Origin: a virus
Virus record (IMG/VR): IMGVR_UViG_3300032030_000143
Strand: one strand, 5' to 3'
DNA: 44,759 bases
Shown: one piece after another, positions 9,112 through 18,771 of the stretch
How positions within the stretch are numbered: position 1 is the first letter of the stretch
Layout: every line of letters begins with the position of its first letter
The notes under the pieces: model-generated
Database searches by the model: none
Told to the model about the DNA's origin: nothing
The model's input: only the letters and a program-made list of their open reading frames with translations
Program-made: the position numbers and the translations under genes

Positions 9112-9321
9112 ATGAAAAGAATGAATTACAAAGAAGTTTGCGTTTCTCTCCAGTGCCCCTTCTGCGGCAGAGGGCATGAGGTCGAAGTCAATGAGATTGA
9201 TTATCTCAATTGGGAAAATGGCACGCTCGCACAGGATGCTTTCCCCTATCTGTCTGCTACTGAGCGTGAACAGTTGATTAGTCACCTGTGCCCTGACTGT
9301 CAGCGTGATATTTTTGATTAA
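9112..9321 (+). CDS. zinc-finger hypothetical protein (CPFC..CPDC)
   Basis: ORF track; promoter at 9050-9085; AAGGAGAAGG RBS. Confidence 0.7.
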   Translation: MKRMNYKEVCVSLQCPFCGRGHEVEVNEIDYLNWENGTLAQDAFPYLSATEREQLISHLCPDCQRDIFD

Positions 9322-9332
9322 GGAGAAAAAAA

Positions 9333-9602
9333 ATGAAAACAACTGGAATTGTGCGGCGTGTAGATGACCTTGGTCGTATCGTTATCCCCAAAGAAATTCG
9401 GCGGACTCTCCACATTAAAGAGGGCGATCCCCTTGAAATCTATGTTGATGACAATGCGGTGTGTTTCAAAAATTATAAATATCAGGCAGTAGAGGATGCT
9501 TGTAAAGAAGTCCTTAATGCTTCTGCTGATTTAGTCAATGTTGAACAGCGCGATGCAATTGCGGCACATCTCAAAGCAATTCGAGAATTAATTTTTGAGT
9601 AA
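9333..9602 (+). CDS. AbrB/SpoVT-family (swapped-hairpin) transcriptional regulator
   Basis: N-terminus MKTTGIVRRVDDLGRIVIPKEIRRTLHIKEGDPLEIYVDD closely matches the AbrB N-domain MKSTGIVRKVDELGRVVIPIELRRTLGI..LEIYVDD; AGGAGAAAAAAA RBS. Confidence 0.75.
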   Translation: MKTTGIVRRVDDLGRIVIPKEIRRTLHIKEGDPLEIYVDDNAVCFKNYKYQAVEDACKEVLNASADLVNVEQRDAIAAHLKAIRELIFE

Positions 9603-9620
9603 GCCGAGAGTTAATCTCGG

Positions 9621-9712
9621 CTAACCGCCCGGGCGGATTGTTAAATAAATAACTTTTAAAAAGGTATTGACATTTCGCTCCCTATCTGCTATACTATAAT
9701 TGTTCCAAGGGA
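9621..9712 (+). promoter_or_regulatory. representative intergenic cassette: terminator hairpin, CCGCCCGGGCGG, ATTGTTAAATAAATAACT, AT tract, TTGACA-17-TATACT promoter, then the ATAATTGTTCCAAGGGA leader
   Basis: The same architecture recurs about 30 times between 6.6 and 27 kb. Confidence 0.6.
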
Positions 9713-9736
9713 AAAACAAAAAAAGGAGATAAAAAA

Positions 9737-10045
9737 ATGAGAGTACACATTGAGCATTTCGCTACTTCTTACAGCATCACTTTCCATGGCACTATTAGTT
9801 ATGATGTTGAGAGCTTTGGCTCTCTGGATGACGCTCTTGCTTTTGCCGAGGAAGAGATTGATGTGCGACAGCAGGCTACTTTCGCTTCTATCTGGGACAG
9901 TAACACCGGTGAAGTTTATGCCACTTGTTCTTCTGATGATGAATCTACCTCAGAAGAGGATGATAGCTGCCCCGTTGAAGATTGGGACTACAATGAGGAT
10001 GAGGGTTTTGATCCCTACCTTGGCGAATATACTTGGGATTGCTAA
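9737..10045 (+). CDS. acidic hypothetical protein (102 aa)
   Basis: ORF track; promoter at 9667-9700; AAGGAGAT RBS; terminator hairpin at 10033-10062. Confidence 0.65.
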   Translation: MRVHIEHFATSYSITFHGTISYDVESFGSLDDALAFAEEEIDVRQQATFASIWDSNTGEVYATCSSDDESTSEEDDSCPVEDWDYNEDEGFDPYLGEYTWDC

Positions 10046-10235
10046 AAAGTAATCCCAAGTTTTTTCGTATTCCCAGAGAATTCCAGAACGCCCGGGCAAA
10101 AAGATTGTTAGAAAAATAACTTTCTCATCGTTGAAAAAAATCTTGACAAATTCGATTAGGTGTGTTATTATAATAATGCCAAGAGGAAAGAACCACTTGA
10201 CAGAAAACAAAAAATTATAAAGGAGTAAAAAAACT

Positions 10236-10379
10236 ATGATGATGATGTTCGGCGTATGTGATAATGCTGTTGATGCTTACCGTATGATGGAGTATGCGAT
10301 GGAGTTGATTGCCACGTATTATGGCAGCATTGCCGACTATTCGGATGATGATGACGATGATTGGAGATGCGGCACCTGA
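10236..10379 (+). CDS. small acidic hypothetical protein (47 aa)
   Basis: Promoter at 10144-10180; AAAGGAG RBS; ATG..TGA. Confidence 0.45.
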   Translation: MMMMFGVCDNAVDAYRMMEYAMELIATYYGSIADYSDDDDDDWRCGT

Positions 10380-10522
10380 GCCTGGCGCAAGACAAATTAT
10401 CTCAAAAACTTGAGGTAATTTGCCCGGGCGGATTGTTAAAGAAATAATTTTCAAAAAAGGTATTGACTAATGCTGTATAATGTGTTATTATAATAATGCC
10501 AAGAGGAAAGGAGATAAAAAAA

Positions 10523-10702
10523 ATGGATTATGTGTATTTAATCTGGGAAGATGTTGACGATTGGGCCGAGGATGGTGGCGGCACTTATCTTGTTAGCATT
10601 TATGCTAATAAAGAAGATGCTGATAAAGAATGCAGAAAACTCAACGAAAATCGTCCTGCTAAAAATGTTGAGTATTTTGTAGATAAAGGAGCTGTAAAAT
10701 AA
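10523..10702 (+). CDS. hypothetical protein (59 aa)
   Basis: ORF track frame, start at the ATG after the AGGAGAT RBS; promoter at 10462-10495. Confidence 0.6.
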   Translation: MDYVYLIWEDVDDWAEDGGGTYLVSIYANKEDADKECRKLNENRPAKNVEYFVDKGAVK

Positions 10703-10881
10703 TGGAACTTATTTGCCCCTATTGTATTAAGCCCCTTGAATGGGATGATACGATAGATTATGATATTGGCATTGACTATGCTGATACTAAGGATATAGGC
10801 CATTGTCCTAAGTGTAATAGGCATTTCCACTGGTATACACATTTTAAGTTTTTTTGTTACGAAGACTTGACAGAAAATTAA
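10702..10881 (+). CDS. zinc-ribbon hypothetical protein (59 aa)
   Basis: ATG overlaps the upstream stop (TAATG); CPYC..CPKC; the 3' end carries the promoter for the next gene. Confidence 0.55.
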   Translation: MELICPYCIKPLEWDDTIDYDIGIDYADTKDIGHCPKCNRHFHWYTHFKFFCYEDLTEN

Positions 10882-10927
10882 ATCTGTGCTATAATAAATA
10901 CACAAAACAAGAAAGGAAGTAAAAAAA

Positions 10928-11137
10928 ATGATGATTGTAATTGGACTTTTGATCGGGTATGCTATTAGTTTTCTGATGAACGCTGGCCTTGTGTGGCTGC
11001 TGTGCTGGGGTCTGAAAGCAGTTGGGATCACCACTATCTGTGGTTGGACTGTGGCTTTTAGTTGGCCGCTGGTATTGATTTTCACCGTTGTCTATATAAT
11101 TCTTCATGGCATTTTCGGTGGACACAATAAGAAGTAA
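10928..11137 (+). CDS. small membrane protein
   Basis: ORF track; promoter at 10866-10900; AAGGAAGT RBS; hydrophobic. Confidence 0.65.
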   Translation: MMIVIGLLIGYAISFLMNAGLVWLLCWGLKAVGITTICGWTVAFSWPLVLIFTVVYIILHGIFGGHNKK

Positions 11138-11149
11138 GGAGGAACAGTT

Positions 11150-11368
11150 ATGAACGATAAGATTACTTATAGTATTGTTGAGGAAATTGCTGTTCTCTCT
11201 ACCCGCGGCGGTTGGGCTCTTGAGCTCAATCGTGTGGCATGGAATGGCGGTCAGCCTAAGTACGACATTCGTTCATGGAACGAAGATCACACCCGGATGG
11301 GCAAGGGGGTCACTCTCAACGATGATGAGATGAACGCCCTGCTTGATGCGATGGCGGCAAGGGATTAA
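11150..11368 (+). CDS. PC4/YdbC-like putative ssDNA-binding protein (tentative)
   Basis: AAGGAGG RBS; motif ..ELNRVAWNGGQPKYDIRSWNEDH..GKGVTL..EM..L recalls bacterial PC4-like (YdbC) proteins, from memory only. Confidence 0.5.
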   Translation: MNDKITYSIVEEIAVLSTRGGWALELNRVAWNGGQPKYDIRSWNEDHTRMGKGVTLNDDEMNALLDAMAARD

Positions 11369-11480
11369 CCTTGCCCAATCGCCCGGGCAGATTGTTAAAT
11401 AAATAACTAATAAAAAAGATATTGACAGATTTGATTAAGTATGATATTATAATAGTACCAAAGGAAAAGGAGAATAAAAA

Positions 11481-11717
11481 ATGCATGACCCCGAAAGAAT
11501 TGATGATTTTATGTACCATCTGGCCTATTTGTGGGAGAAGTATTGCCCTGACTGGCGATTCGCACAGTTGATGTCTAACTTCTATTCTTATTATAAAAGT
11601 GACCTTTTTTATAATGAGGAAGACCAGTTCATGGAAAAGTTTGAGTGCTACATCTATAACGAAGTGGCAAATAAGCCTGACCCTGATGATTTTTGTTATT
11701 ACCAGAAGGAGGATTAA
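11481..11717 (+). CDS. hypothetical protein (78 aa)
   Basis: ORF track; promoter at 11425-11460; AAGGAGAAT RBS. Confidence 0.65.
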   Translation: MHDPERIDDFMYHLAYLWEKYCPDWRFAQLMSNFYSYYKSDLFYNEEDQFMEKFECYIYNEVANKPDPDDFCYYQKED

Positions 11718-11720
11718 AAA

Positions 11721-11942
11721 ATGGATTTCAAAAATATGACTATGGAAGAACTCAATCAGATAAAAGCCGAAATTTATGATGAAATAGACCGCCGTGTTAA
11801 AGCTGAAGAACAAGAAGCAATTAAAGAATTTATAGATGCTTTTACTAAACTTAATGAAATGGCAGTAACTGTCACCTATGAAGACTGGGAAGATACTTAT
11901 ACTTTAGTAAACCCTGAAAGATTTCACTTTACATCTCTTTAA
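11721..11942 (+). CDS. hypothetical protein (73 aa)
   Basis: ORF track; GAAGGAGG RBS; terminator hairpin at 11936-11958. Confidence 0.65.
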   Translation: MDFKNMTMEELNQIKAEIYDEIDRRVKAEEQEAIKEFIDAFTKLNEMAVTVTYEDWEDTYTLVNPERFHFTSL

Positions 11943-12040
11943 CCCTTTTAGGGTTAAAGCCCGGGCACTAAAAAGGGGCTTGACAAGATGTAAAAGATGT
12001 GCTATAATTAAACCACAAAAAAGAAAGGGAGAAAATAAAG

Positions 12041-12199
12041 ATGATTACTTATACTGAGACTGAACTTAAAACTTGGTTCTTGAAAGAAGTAGCAAAGTAT
12101 CCTCATTCTAATACTGAACAGCATTTGAAAGCCGTGTTTCATTTAATGTTTAATGAGGATAGCAAAGATAATTTGAAAAAGGTGCTTGACAAAGAATAA
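12041..12199 (+). CDS. small hypothetical protein (52 aa)
   Basis: Promoter at 11977-12012; AAAGGGAG RBS. Confidence 0.5.
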   Translation: MITYTETELKTWFLKEVAKYPHSNTEQHLKAVFHLMFNEDSKDNLKKVLDKE

Positions 12200-12246
12200 A
12201 AGGTATGCTATAATTAAATCACAAAGAACGAAAGGGGAACTTAAAA

Positions 12247-12396
12247 ATGGAGAACTTTGATAAGCGCATGAATAAAAAGACTGGCGAGGAGCTTCAGCAG
12301 TATCTCGCTTTTCGCCGCAAGGCTGGCCGTGTGCCCGCCAAAAAGGGCAAGGGCGCAAAATATAATCGTAATGATTTCAAGAAAGAGGTGGCGTAG
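12247..12396 (+). CDS. small basic hypothetical protein (49 aa), ends with TAG stop
   Basis: Promoter at 12186-12222; AAAGGGGAA RBS. The TAG at 12394-12396 is a genuine stop here: the next gene's RBS and ATG follow immediately. Confidence 0.5.
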   Translation: MENFDKRMNKKTGEELQQYLAFRRKAGRVPAKKGKGAKYNRNDFKKEVA

Positions 12397-12397
12397 G

Positions 12398-12568
12398 ATG
12401 AAAGGTTACTCGCTCTGGTGCTGTGATGGGAACGACGTAGAACTGTTATGCATTTTCATGGACAAAGACAAAGCCTATGCGGCTCGTGATGAATTGACGC
12501 GAGAAGCGGAGGCCGATGAATTATACTGGTTTTCTTACACAGTATCATCGGTAGACGTGATTCAATAA
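12398..12568 (+). CDS. small hypothetical protein (56 aa)
   Basis: GAGGTGG RBS; start at the internal M of ORF-track frame 12329-12568. Confidence 0.55.
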   Translation: MKGYSLWCCDGNDVELLCIFMDKDKAYAARDELTREAEADELYWFSYTVSSVDVIQ

Positions 12569-12582
12569 GGAAGGGAAAGAAA

Positions 12583-12771
12583 ATGAAGAACACGAAATGG
12601 CAGATTGAATACCACTGGATAAACGATGAGGGTATTCGTGAGACTTACCGTTATAACCATGTCTTTACTAATCTTGATGCCGCTATCAAAGCTTATGAGG
12701 ATTATGTAAGGCTTGAAGGCGGTGGCTGGTATGACCTGGTTGAGATTACTGAAAAAGTAATTTCCATTTAA
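12583..12771 (+). CDS. hypothetical protein (62 aa)
   Basis: ORF track; AAGGAAGGGAAAG RBS. Confidence 0.65.
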   Translation: MKNTKWQIEYHWINDEGIRETYRYNHVFTNLDAAIKAYEDYVRLEGGGWYDLVEITEKVISI

Positions 12772-12786
12772 TAGGAGGAAAAAATT

Positions 12787-13077
12787 ATGAATGAAATGAC
12801 TAAACTTGCCGCTCTTTTGGAGCAGGCCCATGTTCCCTTTGAAATGCGTGACCATTGGTCTGATACTAAGCAGATTTGTTATCCGAACTGCGAAAATGTA
12901 GTCTGTGATGCTGTCTGCTTCCCCGGCTCCTATGGTTATTCAGATGGACTTCTGGAAATCATGGGTCTTGTAGATGAAGAAGAAACCGGCGATACTGTCG
13001 AGGGCTGGCTTTCTGCGGATGAAGTTTTCCAGCGTATCTATCATCATTATCGTGGTTGGGAGCCTCAAGTTACTTGA
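12787..13077 (+). CDS. hypothetical protein (96 aa)
   Basis: ORF track; TAGGAGGAAAAA RBS; terminator hairpin at 13063-13080. Confidence 0.65.
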   Translation: MNEMTKLAALLEQAHVPFEMRDHWSDTKQICYPNCENVVCDAVCFPGSYGYSDGLLEIMGLVDEEETGDTVEGWLSADEVFQRIYHHYRGWEPQVT

Positions 13078-13170
13078 GGCTAACCGCCCGGGCGAATTGT
13101 TAAATAAATAACTATTAAAAAAAGGTATTGACTTTCCGCCAAAAGAGAGTATAATAATAATTGTCAAGGG

Positions 13171-13450
13171 GGACAGCGGAAGACCACCGCGATACAAGTG
13201 TCTCAAAAGGTTATGGCGCCGACCGGAAAAAATAAAATTCCTCCTTGACAAGCCACACAGACTGTGGTATAATGAATACAGTCAAGAGGGCGGAACACCG
13301 TAGGCAGTAAGTCCCATACGACTAATAAAAAATTCAGTCAATGGCAATAAGTCCCTACGAACCGGAAAAATTTTTCAAAGAAATTTGAAAAACCCTCTTG
13401 ACAAACCCCACAGCCTGTGCTATAATAAGTATGTAAGGTAAAGGAAACCT
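13171..13450 (+). ncRNA. array I of short promoter-driven non-coding transcripts (3 consensus promoters, no ORF or RBS)
   Basis: Promoters at 13126-13170, 13236-13272 and 13403-13437, each followed by 60-110 nt of structured, ORF-less sequence. Confidence 0.35.
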
Positions 13451-13518
13451 AATGGAGCCTTGTCCTACTAAAAGGCTTTAGAATCTGGTAGGTAAATCTT
13501 TTGAAAGAGGTAGATACT

Positions 13519-13944
13519 ATGTCTCGTAAGCTGTCCTATGTTTCTGCGATTGATTTCGCTCTGTCCGTCCTGTCCCAGATTGACGCCGCTCAGGTGGCTA
13601 TCCCCGCCGAGGGTGAGGATGACGCGCCCATTTCTGTCGGTGAGGTTGTCGAAAAGATGACCGCTCTGCGTGAAGCGCAGATGAAGCGCTCCACTTCTAA
13701 GAAGGCCGAGGGTGAGTCCAAGACCCACAAGGCCAATGTTGAGCTGGCCGAGAAGATCTATGCCGCTATGGTGGCGGGTGAGGTTTACGATAACAAGGGC
13801 ATTAAGGCTCTTGTCCCGGAGCTGGTTGACGCCACTCCGCAGAAGCTGGCTCCTATCATGGCCTGTCTCAAGGGCCGTGTTACCGCCACTAAGGTGAAGG
13901 GCCGGGTGTCTTACATTCTGGCCCAGCCCGAAGCCGCAGAGTAA
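13519..13944 (+). CDS. hypothetical protein, paralog family B (141 aa)
   Basis: ORF track frame, start at the ATG after the AGAGGTAG RBS; conserved structured 5' leader at 13454-13518; canonical terminator at 13948-13980. Confidence 0.7.
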   Translation: MSRKLSYVSAIDFALSVLSQIDAAQVAIPAEGEDDAPISVGEVVEKMTALREAQMKRSTSKKAEGESKTHKANVELAEKIYAAMVAGEVYDNKGIKALVPELVDATPQKLAPIMACLKGRVTATKVKGRVSYILAQPEAAE

Positions 13945-13947
13945 TTA

Positions 13948-13980
13948 AAAAATCTGTCCCAATTCGGGGCAGATTTTTTT
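13948..13980 (+). terminator. rho-independent terminator
   Basis: AAAAATCTGTCCC..GGGGCAGATTTTTTT. Confidence 0.75.
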
Positions 13981-14138
13981 AACATCTGGTTAGCTTAGAC
14001 TAACCGCCCGGGCACATTGTTAAGTTTTTAACTTTCAAAATCCTTATTGACATTTTCAAAAAAGAGTGTATAATAATAAGTGAAATGAGGGGAACGAAGG
14101 TAAGCCCCCATTATCTAAAATGAATGGAGAATAATACT

Positions 14139-14780
14139 ATGTCCAAAAAGTATGTTAATGATCCGATGGGTAGTTATGAGAGCACTCAGGAGAAGCACTG
14201 GCAGGTTATTTATCTGTATCAGACTATGACTGCAAGCGCAGTTGCCTCTATTACAGGCTACGCGCCCAGCACTGTACGCAGCTACTATAACAAGTATCGT
14301 GCTGAACTTCCGATTGCAATTATCTTTTTTGAGAAGGGCGAAACGGAAGCCCCTGCCCGAAGAAAGACCGTAAGGCACAATGAGCGCCGCGTGTTTTATG
14401 GTAACACGGAAATCAACTGGCTGAACGGCACTGAAAATAAAGATGATGACGGAAATGAAAAGGCGTATCTTTTCCGGTTCTATGAAGATAATGCCGACCC
14501 CGTTTTTAGCAAGATTGGTACAACTGCTAAAACCTGTATCGGCAGATTGAAGGACGAAATCCGTTATTATAATAACAAAGCAAATTTCAATATCCAGAAG
14601 GTTGAAATTTGCGAGATTTGGGACTGTGGCGAAATGCCCGCAGAAAGCTATGAAAGCTTTATGCGCGCTCTGCTTATTCGTCAGTATCCCAATACTTGGA
14701 AAAAGAACGACCGCTTTTTCGGTGTCACCATTCCTGCCGAGGTATTCCTTGACCTCTGCAAGCAGTACGCCGAAATGTAA
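14139..14780 (+). CDS. HTH-domain protein (213 aa)
   Basis: ORF track frame, start at the ATG 11 nt after GGAG; helix-turn-helix-like segment TMTASAVASITGYAPSTVRSYYNKY; terminator hairpin at 14783-14808. Confidence 0.7.
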   Translation: MSKKYVNDPMGSYESTQEKHWQVIYLYQTMTASAVASITGYAPSTVRSYYNKYRAELPIAIIFFEKGETEAPARRKTVRHNERRVFYGNTEINWLNGTENKDDDGNEKAYLFRFYEDNADPVFSKIGTTAKTCIGRLKDEIRYYNNKANFNIQKVEICEIWDCGEMPAESYESFMRALLIRQYPNTWKKNDRFFGVTIPAEVFLDLCKQYAEM

Positions 14781-15051
14781 TACAGGGGAGGGGGAGTTAG
14801 CTCCCCCTAACCGCCCGGGCGCTTTGTTAAAGAAATAACTTTCAGAAACCTCTTGACTTTTTATTAAAAGAGAGTATAATAATAATTGTCAGGGGGCAAG
14901 AGAATTGATAAAGTAGGGACAGCCCCAAAGTGAGGATTGCTGAATGACCTTGCTTGAAAAATTTTCAAAGAAATTTGAAAATCCCCTTGACAAGAAAGAA
15001 AAGGCATGATATAATAAAAGCACAAAGAAAGAAAAAAGGAGATAAAAAAAA

Positions 15052-16176
15052 ATGGCCACTTATTATTCTGTCACCAAAGATCGCAACATGATTTACTTCA
15101 CCAATGAAGAGGGCAAAGCGTGGAGCTTTGATGTAAACACTGGCATTTTCCTTTCCCCCAAGGGTAACGCTGTCAAGTCTTTCCCGACTGGGCTGGGCAG
15201 TTTCATTGATGGGCATGATACCAGAAATGATATTCCTGCTGTCCGTCTGATGGCCTTTATCCGTAACTCTCCCTATGAATATGGTGTGCGGGATAATCAG
15301 AACTGCTACATGCTGAGAAATCCCAGCTATTATGCAAGACTCGCCCCTCTGTTTCAGACCATAGACAAAATGGCAAGTCTGGGCTGTTCTCCTGACCGCT
15401 GGAATGCTACTGCCTCTAACCTGACTTTCATCAATGACCATTTCAAGGCTTTTGCAAAGTGGTACAAGGATAATCAGTCTAATGAGATTGAAGAATTTAT
15501 CCGCCGTTATGGTGTTGAAATATATTGCCGTGAACACCACATTGATACCGAACACATGAGCGCAGATACTATTTCTTTTATTCAGTTTTATCTGGTCAAA
15601 AACAATGGTATTTACGGAACAAAATGGTCATCTCCGGAATATCTCCCCTATGTTATGTATTATCTGTCGCGTGGTTTGGTCGATTTTGTTGGCATAAATG
15701 TCGCAAGTAATTTGCTGAACACTTTTTTTGACTGGTGTGAAACCACTGGTATCAAGCCGCAGAAAACCGACTTTTATCGGCAGTATCTTGATGTAAAGCG
15801 TACTTATATTGCTAATAAAAAGCAGTATGACATGACGGCACTTGCCAATAACTACGCAGAAAAAAGAAATGCTCTGCTGTTTGAGGATGATACTTTTAAG
15901 GTTATTATCCCCACCACCACCGAGGAATTTCAGGCAGAGGGTGATGCACAGCATAACTGTGTGTACAGTATGTATCTTGAAAAGTGCATTAAAAATACTA
16001 CTCATGTGGTATTTATCCGCCGCAAGGACGCACTCAATAAGAGTTACATTACTTGTGAAGTTGACAAGCGCGGCAATATTGTTCAGTATCTCGGTCAGTA
16101 TAACAACTGGGTATCTGACCCTGACGCAATCGCTTTCAAAAAGCGGTACATGGAGTGGCTTGCCAAGAATTGGTAA
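15052..16176 (+). CDS. hypothetical protein (374 aa), largest early gene
   Basis: ORF track; promoter at 14986-15020; AAAAGGAGAT RBS; terminator hairpin at 16186-16208. Confidence 0.75.
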   Translation: MATYYSVTKDRNMIYFTNEEGKAWSFDVNTGIFLSPKGNAVKSFPTGLGSFIDGHDTRNDIPAVRLMAFIRNSPYEYGVRDNQNCYMLRNPSYYARLAPLFQTIDKMASLGCSPDRWNATASNLTFINDHFKAFAKWYKDNQSNEIEEFIRRYGVEIYCREHHIDTEHMSADTISFIQFYLVKNNGIYGTKWSSPEYLPYVMYYLSRGLVDFVGINVASNLLNTFFDWCETTGIKPQKTDFYRQYLDVKRTYIANKKQYDMTALANNYAEKRNALLFEDDTFKVIIPTTTEEFQAEGDAQHNCVYSMYLEKCIKNTTHVVFIRRKDALNKSYITCEVDKRGNIVQYLGQYNNWVSDPDAIAFKKRYMEWLAKNW

Positions 16177-16419
16177 GCCACTCAAATGGGGTAGGTAATT
16201 ACCTACCCCTAACCGCCCGGGCACTTTGTTAAAGAAATAACTTTTATTTTCCTATTGACTTTTCTAAATCATGTGCTATAATAATACATGTAAAGAAGAT
16301 AACGCGGAGGGAGCCGCAAGGCGTTATGACCTCTATCTTGATATACCCTTTGCCCTTTGGGGAGAGCCTTTCGGGTTATAATAGAAAAATCTCCCCAAAA
16401 TAAATTAAGGAGAATTAAA

Positions 16420-16659
16420 ATGGTAGGAATTAAATTTGAACATGGCCGCGACAAATATCATTATGAACACATGGATTTAGTTGGTTTATTAACTTTTCTA
16501 AATACTATTGCTATTATCTTTTGGAATAAAGGTGCTTATGTTGGCTTACCTGTTGCGATATTTGGCCTTGTTTATGACCTTTATCATGGTTGTCATTGGA
16601 ATAATGTTTCTATACGGTTATCTTTAATTGCTATGAATTTATACTTTTTATTCTCTTGA
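16420..16659 (+). CDS. small membrane protein (79 aa)
   Basis: Start at the ATG after the AAGGAGAAT RBS within track ORF 16357-16659; hydrophobic. Confidence 0.6.
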   Translation: MVGIKFEHGRDKYHYEHMDLVGLLTFLNTIAIIFWNKGAYVGLPVAIFGLVYDLYHGCHWNNVSIRLSLIAMNLYFLFS

Positions 16660-16716
16660 CAAGACGCCAAGAGTATGCTATAATTAAAGTACAAAAAAGG
16701 AAAGGAAGCAAATAAA

Positions 16717-16935
16717 ATGGCAGATGTTTTAGTAGAGTATTCCACAGTTGTCAAACGTACCATTGACATCCCTGATGAGATTTATAATCTCGCATTAAGT
16801 GGTAATTATTCTGATAAAGTGGCTAATTATTTTTGGGATGACCTTCAGAAGCGCGTGGCTGATAGTGACCCAAATTTCATTGAGCTGTGTGGTATTTATA
16901 CCACAGATTATCAGAATGCGTTAGCCGAGTATTAA
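16717..16935 (+). CDS. hypothetical protein (72 aa)
   Basis: ORF track; promoter at 16655-16690; AGGAAAGGAAG RBS. Confidence 0.65.
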   Translation: MADVLVEYSTVVKRTIDIPDEIYNLALSGNYSDKVANYFWDDLQKRVADSDPNFIELCGIYTTDYQNALAEY

Positions 16936-17048
16936 CCTCGGCTAACCGCCCGGGCGAATTGTTAAATAAATAACTATTAAAAAAGTCTTGACATTTTCTT
17001 AATCCAGTAGTATAATAAAATTACCAAAAGGAAAGGGGATAAAAAATA

Positions 17049-17261
17049 ATGAATGAACAGCTTATGCGCGACTGCCTTAGAATGTATCGTGACCGTGCCA
17101 CTTATTTTGAGGAAAAATGGAATAATACTCATGGGGTTGAAAGCTTGAAGGCTCTAAGCTCTTGTACTGCTTATGAAACGGCGGCAATTATGTTAGAATA
17201 TGCTTTATCGGATAATGCTGAATTATTGGCACAGTTTGACTATTATGGGGAGGGTAATTAA
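17049..17261 (+). CDS. hypothetical protein (70 aa)
   Basis: ORF track; promoter at 16989-17025; AAAGGGGAT RBS. Confidence 0.65.
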   Translation: MNEQLMRDCLRMYRDRATYFEEKWNNTHGVESLKALSSCTAYETAAIMLEYALSDNAELLAQFDYYGEGN

Positions 17262-17729
17262 ATGAAAGTTTACCTTGCGGCTCCATTCTTTACTGATAAA
17301 CAGAAGAATGAGAAGTCTACTGTTAAGGCGGCTCTCAGTTTCCGCAATGATGTAGAAATTCTTGACCCACAGGATTTTGATTTAGGGCTTTCTGGTTGGG
17401 AAATGACTAATCATCAGTGGGGGAAGAAAGTTTTTGACGCTGACGTTGAAGCCTTGTTAAAAGCAGACGCAGTAGTTGCCATTGACTATGGTCTGTATAG
17501 TGACACTGGTACAGCTTGGGAAATCGGTTTCGCTTATGGGGCTTGCATCCCTACAATTATCCTTGTACCTGATGAAACTATTTCCATTCAGCATTCTCTC
17601 ATGATAGGTAGTTCAAGTACAGTCTTTTGTTCTATTAAAAGATTTTGTAATGAACTTACCGTCCAAACTTTTGAAGAGTTCATGAAAACTGGTAATAAAT
17701 ATAACCTGCTTGGGGTAGAACTTAAATAA
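17262..17729 (+). CDS. nucleoside 2-deoxyribosyltransferase-family protein (NDT / DNPH1-like)
   Basis: N-terminal MKVYLAAPFF plus downstream D.G...E.G.A.G motifs typical of PF05014-family proteins; ORF track. Confidence 0.65.
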   Translation: MKVYLAAPFFTDKQKNEKSTVKAALSFRNDVEILDPQDFDLGLSGWEMTNHQWGKKVFDADVEALLKADAVVAIDYGLYSDTGTAWEIGFAYGACIPTIILVPDETISIQHSLMIGSSSTVFCSIKRFCNELTVQTFEEFMKTGNKYNLLGVELK

Positions 17730-17844
17730 GAACTACCCCAGCCCGCCCGGGCGGATTGTTAAAAAAATAATTTTCAAAAATCTATTGACATTCTTTTAGC
17801 CCAGTAGTATAATAAAATTACAAAAGGAAAGGAGAATAAAAAAA

Positions 17845-18033
17845 ATGGCTACTTTGAAAAATAATTTCGATAATGAGATGGTTCGTAAATTAATTATTAA
17901 AATGGGAAAACTCGCTACAAAGTATCAAATTCCGTATGATGACAGAGATATGGAAGCATATAAAAATAATAATGAGTTAGATACCCGCTGGGAAATTTAC
18001 GCAGAACTTTTAGAAGAGTTAATGGAGGAATAA
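17845..18033 (+). CDS. hypothetical protein (62 aa)
   Basis: ORF track; promoter at 17780-17815; AAGGAGAAT RBS. Confidence 0.6.
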   Translation: MATLKNNFDNEMVRKLIIKMGKLATKYQIPYDDRDMEAYKNNNELDTRWEIYAELLEELMEE

Positions 18034-18036
18034 AAA

Positions 18037-18348
18037 ATGATTACAGCAAAGGACATTCGGGGAGCGGAACAGCACCTTATTAATGAATGGGGTGTTGCTG
18101 GAGATAAAGTTGTTAATGAAGCCTGCTTTGTGCGGCACACTGAGCCATTTGGTGGTGGCACAAAAGAATTTCTTGACCATTGCGTATGTTGCGGTGGGAA
18201 TTGGGGTGGCATGTTCCTTTCTGGGATAGCAAAGTTATATCCTCGTGTGTATGAAGCTATCCCCGATGACATGGGAGCGACTGGAAATGAAGCCTTTATC
18301 AATATCATTTATGTGATGATGCTGTGCGGCGTGGATACCTCTCGGTAA
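18037..18348 (+). CDS. hypothetical protein (103 aa)
   Basis: ORF track; GGAGGAAT RBS; coupled to the upstream gene. Confidence 0.65.
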   Translation: MITAKDIRGAEQHLINEWGVAGDKVVNEACFVRHTEPFGGGTKEFLDHCVCCGGNWGGMFLSGIAKLYPRVYEAIPDDMGATGNEAFINIIYVMMLCGVDTSR

Positions 18349-18369
18349 TAAAAAAAGGAGATTTTAATA

Positions 18370-18633
18370 ATGACGGATTTAGGAATAATTGTATATATTA
18401 TTTCAGCAGCTTTAACAGGGATTCTTTTTGCTCTTAAAAGAATAGTTATCGCTCAGGACTTACCAATAAAAGTATCTTTAATGGATATTTTTGTTTTAAC
18501 TGTTCGTGCGGTTTTGCTTATGGGTCTTCCCATTATAAATAGTTTGTATGTACTAATTCATGCTCTAACTTGGCAAGACTGTGTGAATGATTTACGCACT
18601 GATATTCGACATAATGATTACCGATTATGTTAA
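18370..18633 (+). CDS. membrane protein (87 aa)
   Basis: ORF track; AAAGGAGAT RBS; hydrophobic; terminator hairpin at 18610-18640. Confidence 0.6.
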   Translation: MTDLGIIVYIISAALTGILFALKRIVIAQDLPIKVSLMDIFVLTVRAVLLMGLPIINSLYVLIHALTWQDCVNDLRTDIRHNDYRLC

Positions 18634-18771
18634 TCGGTAATCGCCCGGGCGCAAGATTGTTAAATAAATAACAATAAAAAACTATCTTGACTTTTTCAAA
18701 TTTTATGCTATACTATAATTGTTGATGCGGGAAAAGAAGTTAAGCCCCATCACAGAAAGGAAAAATATACT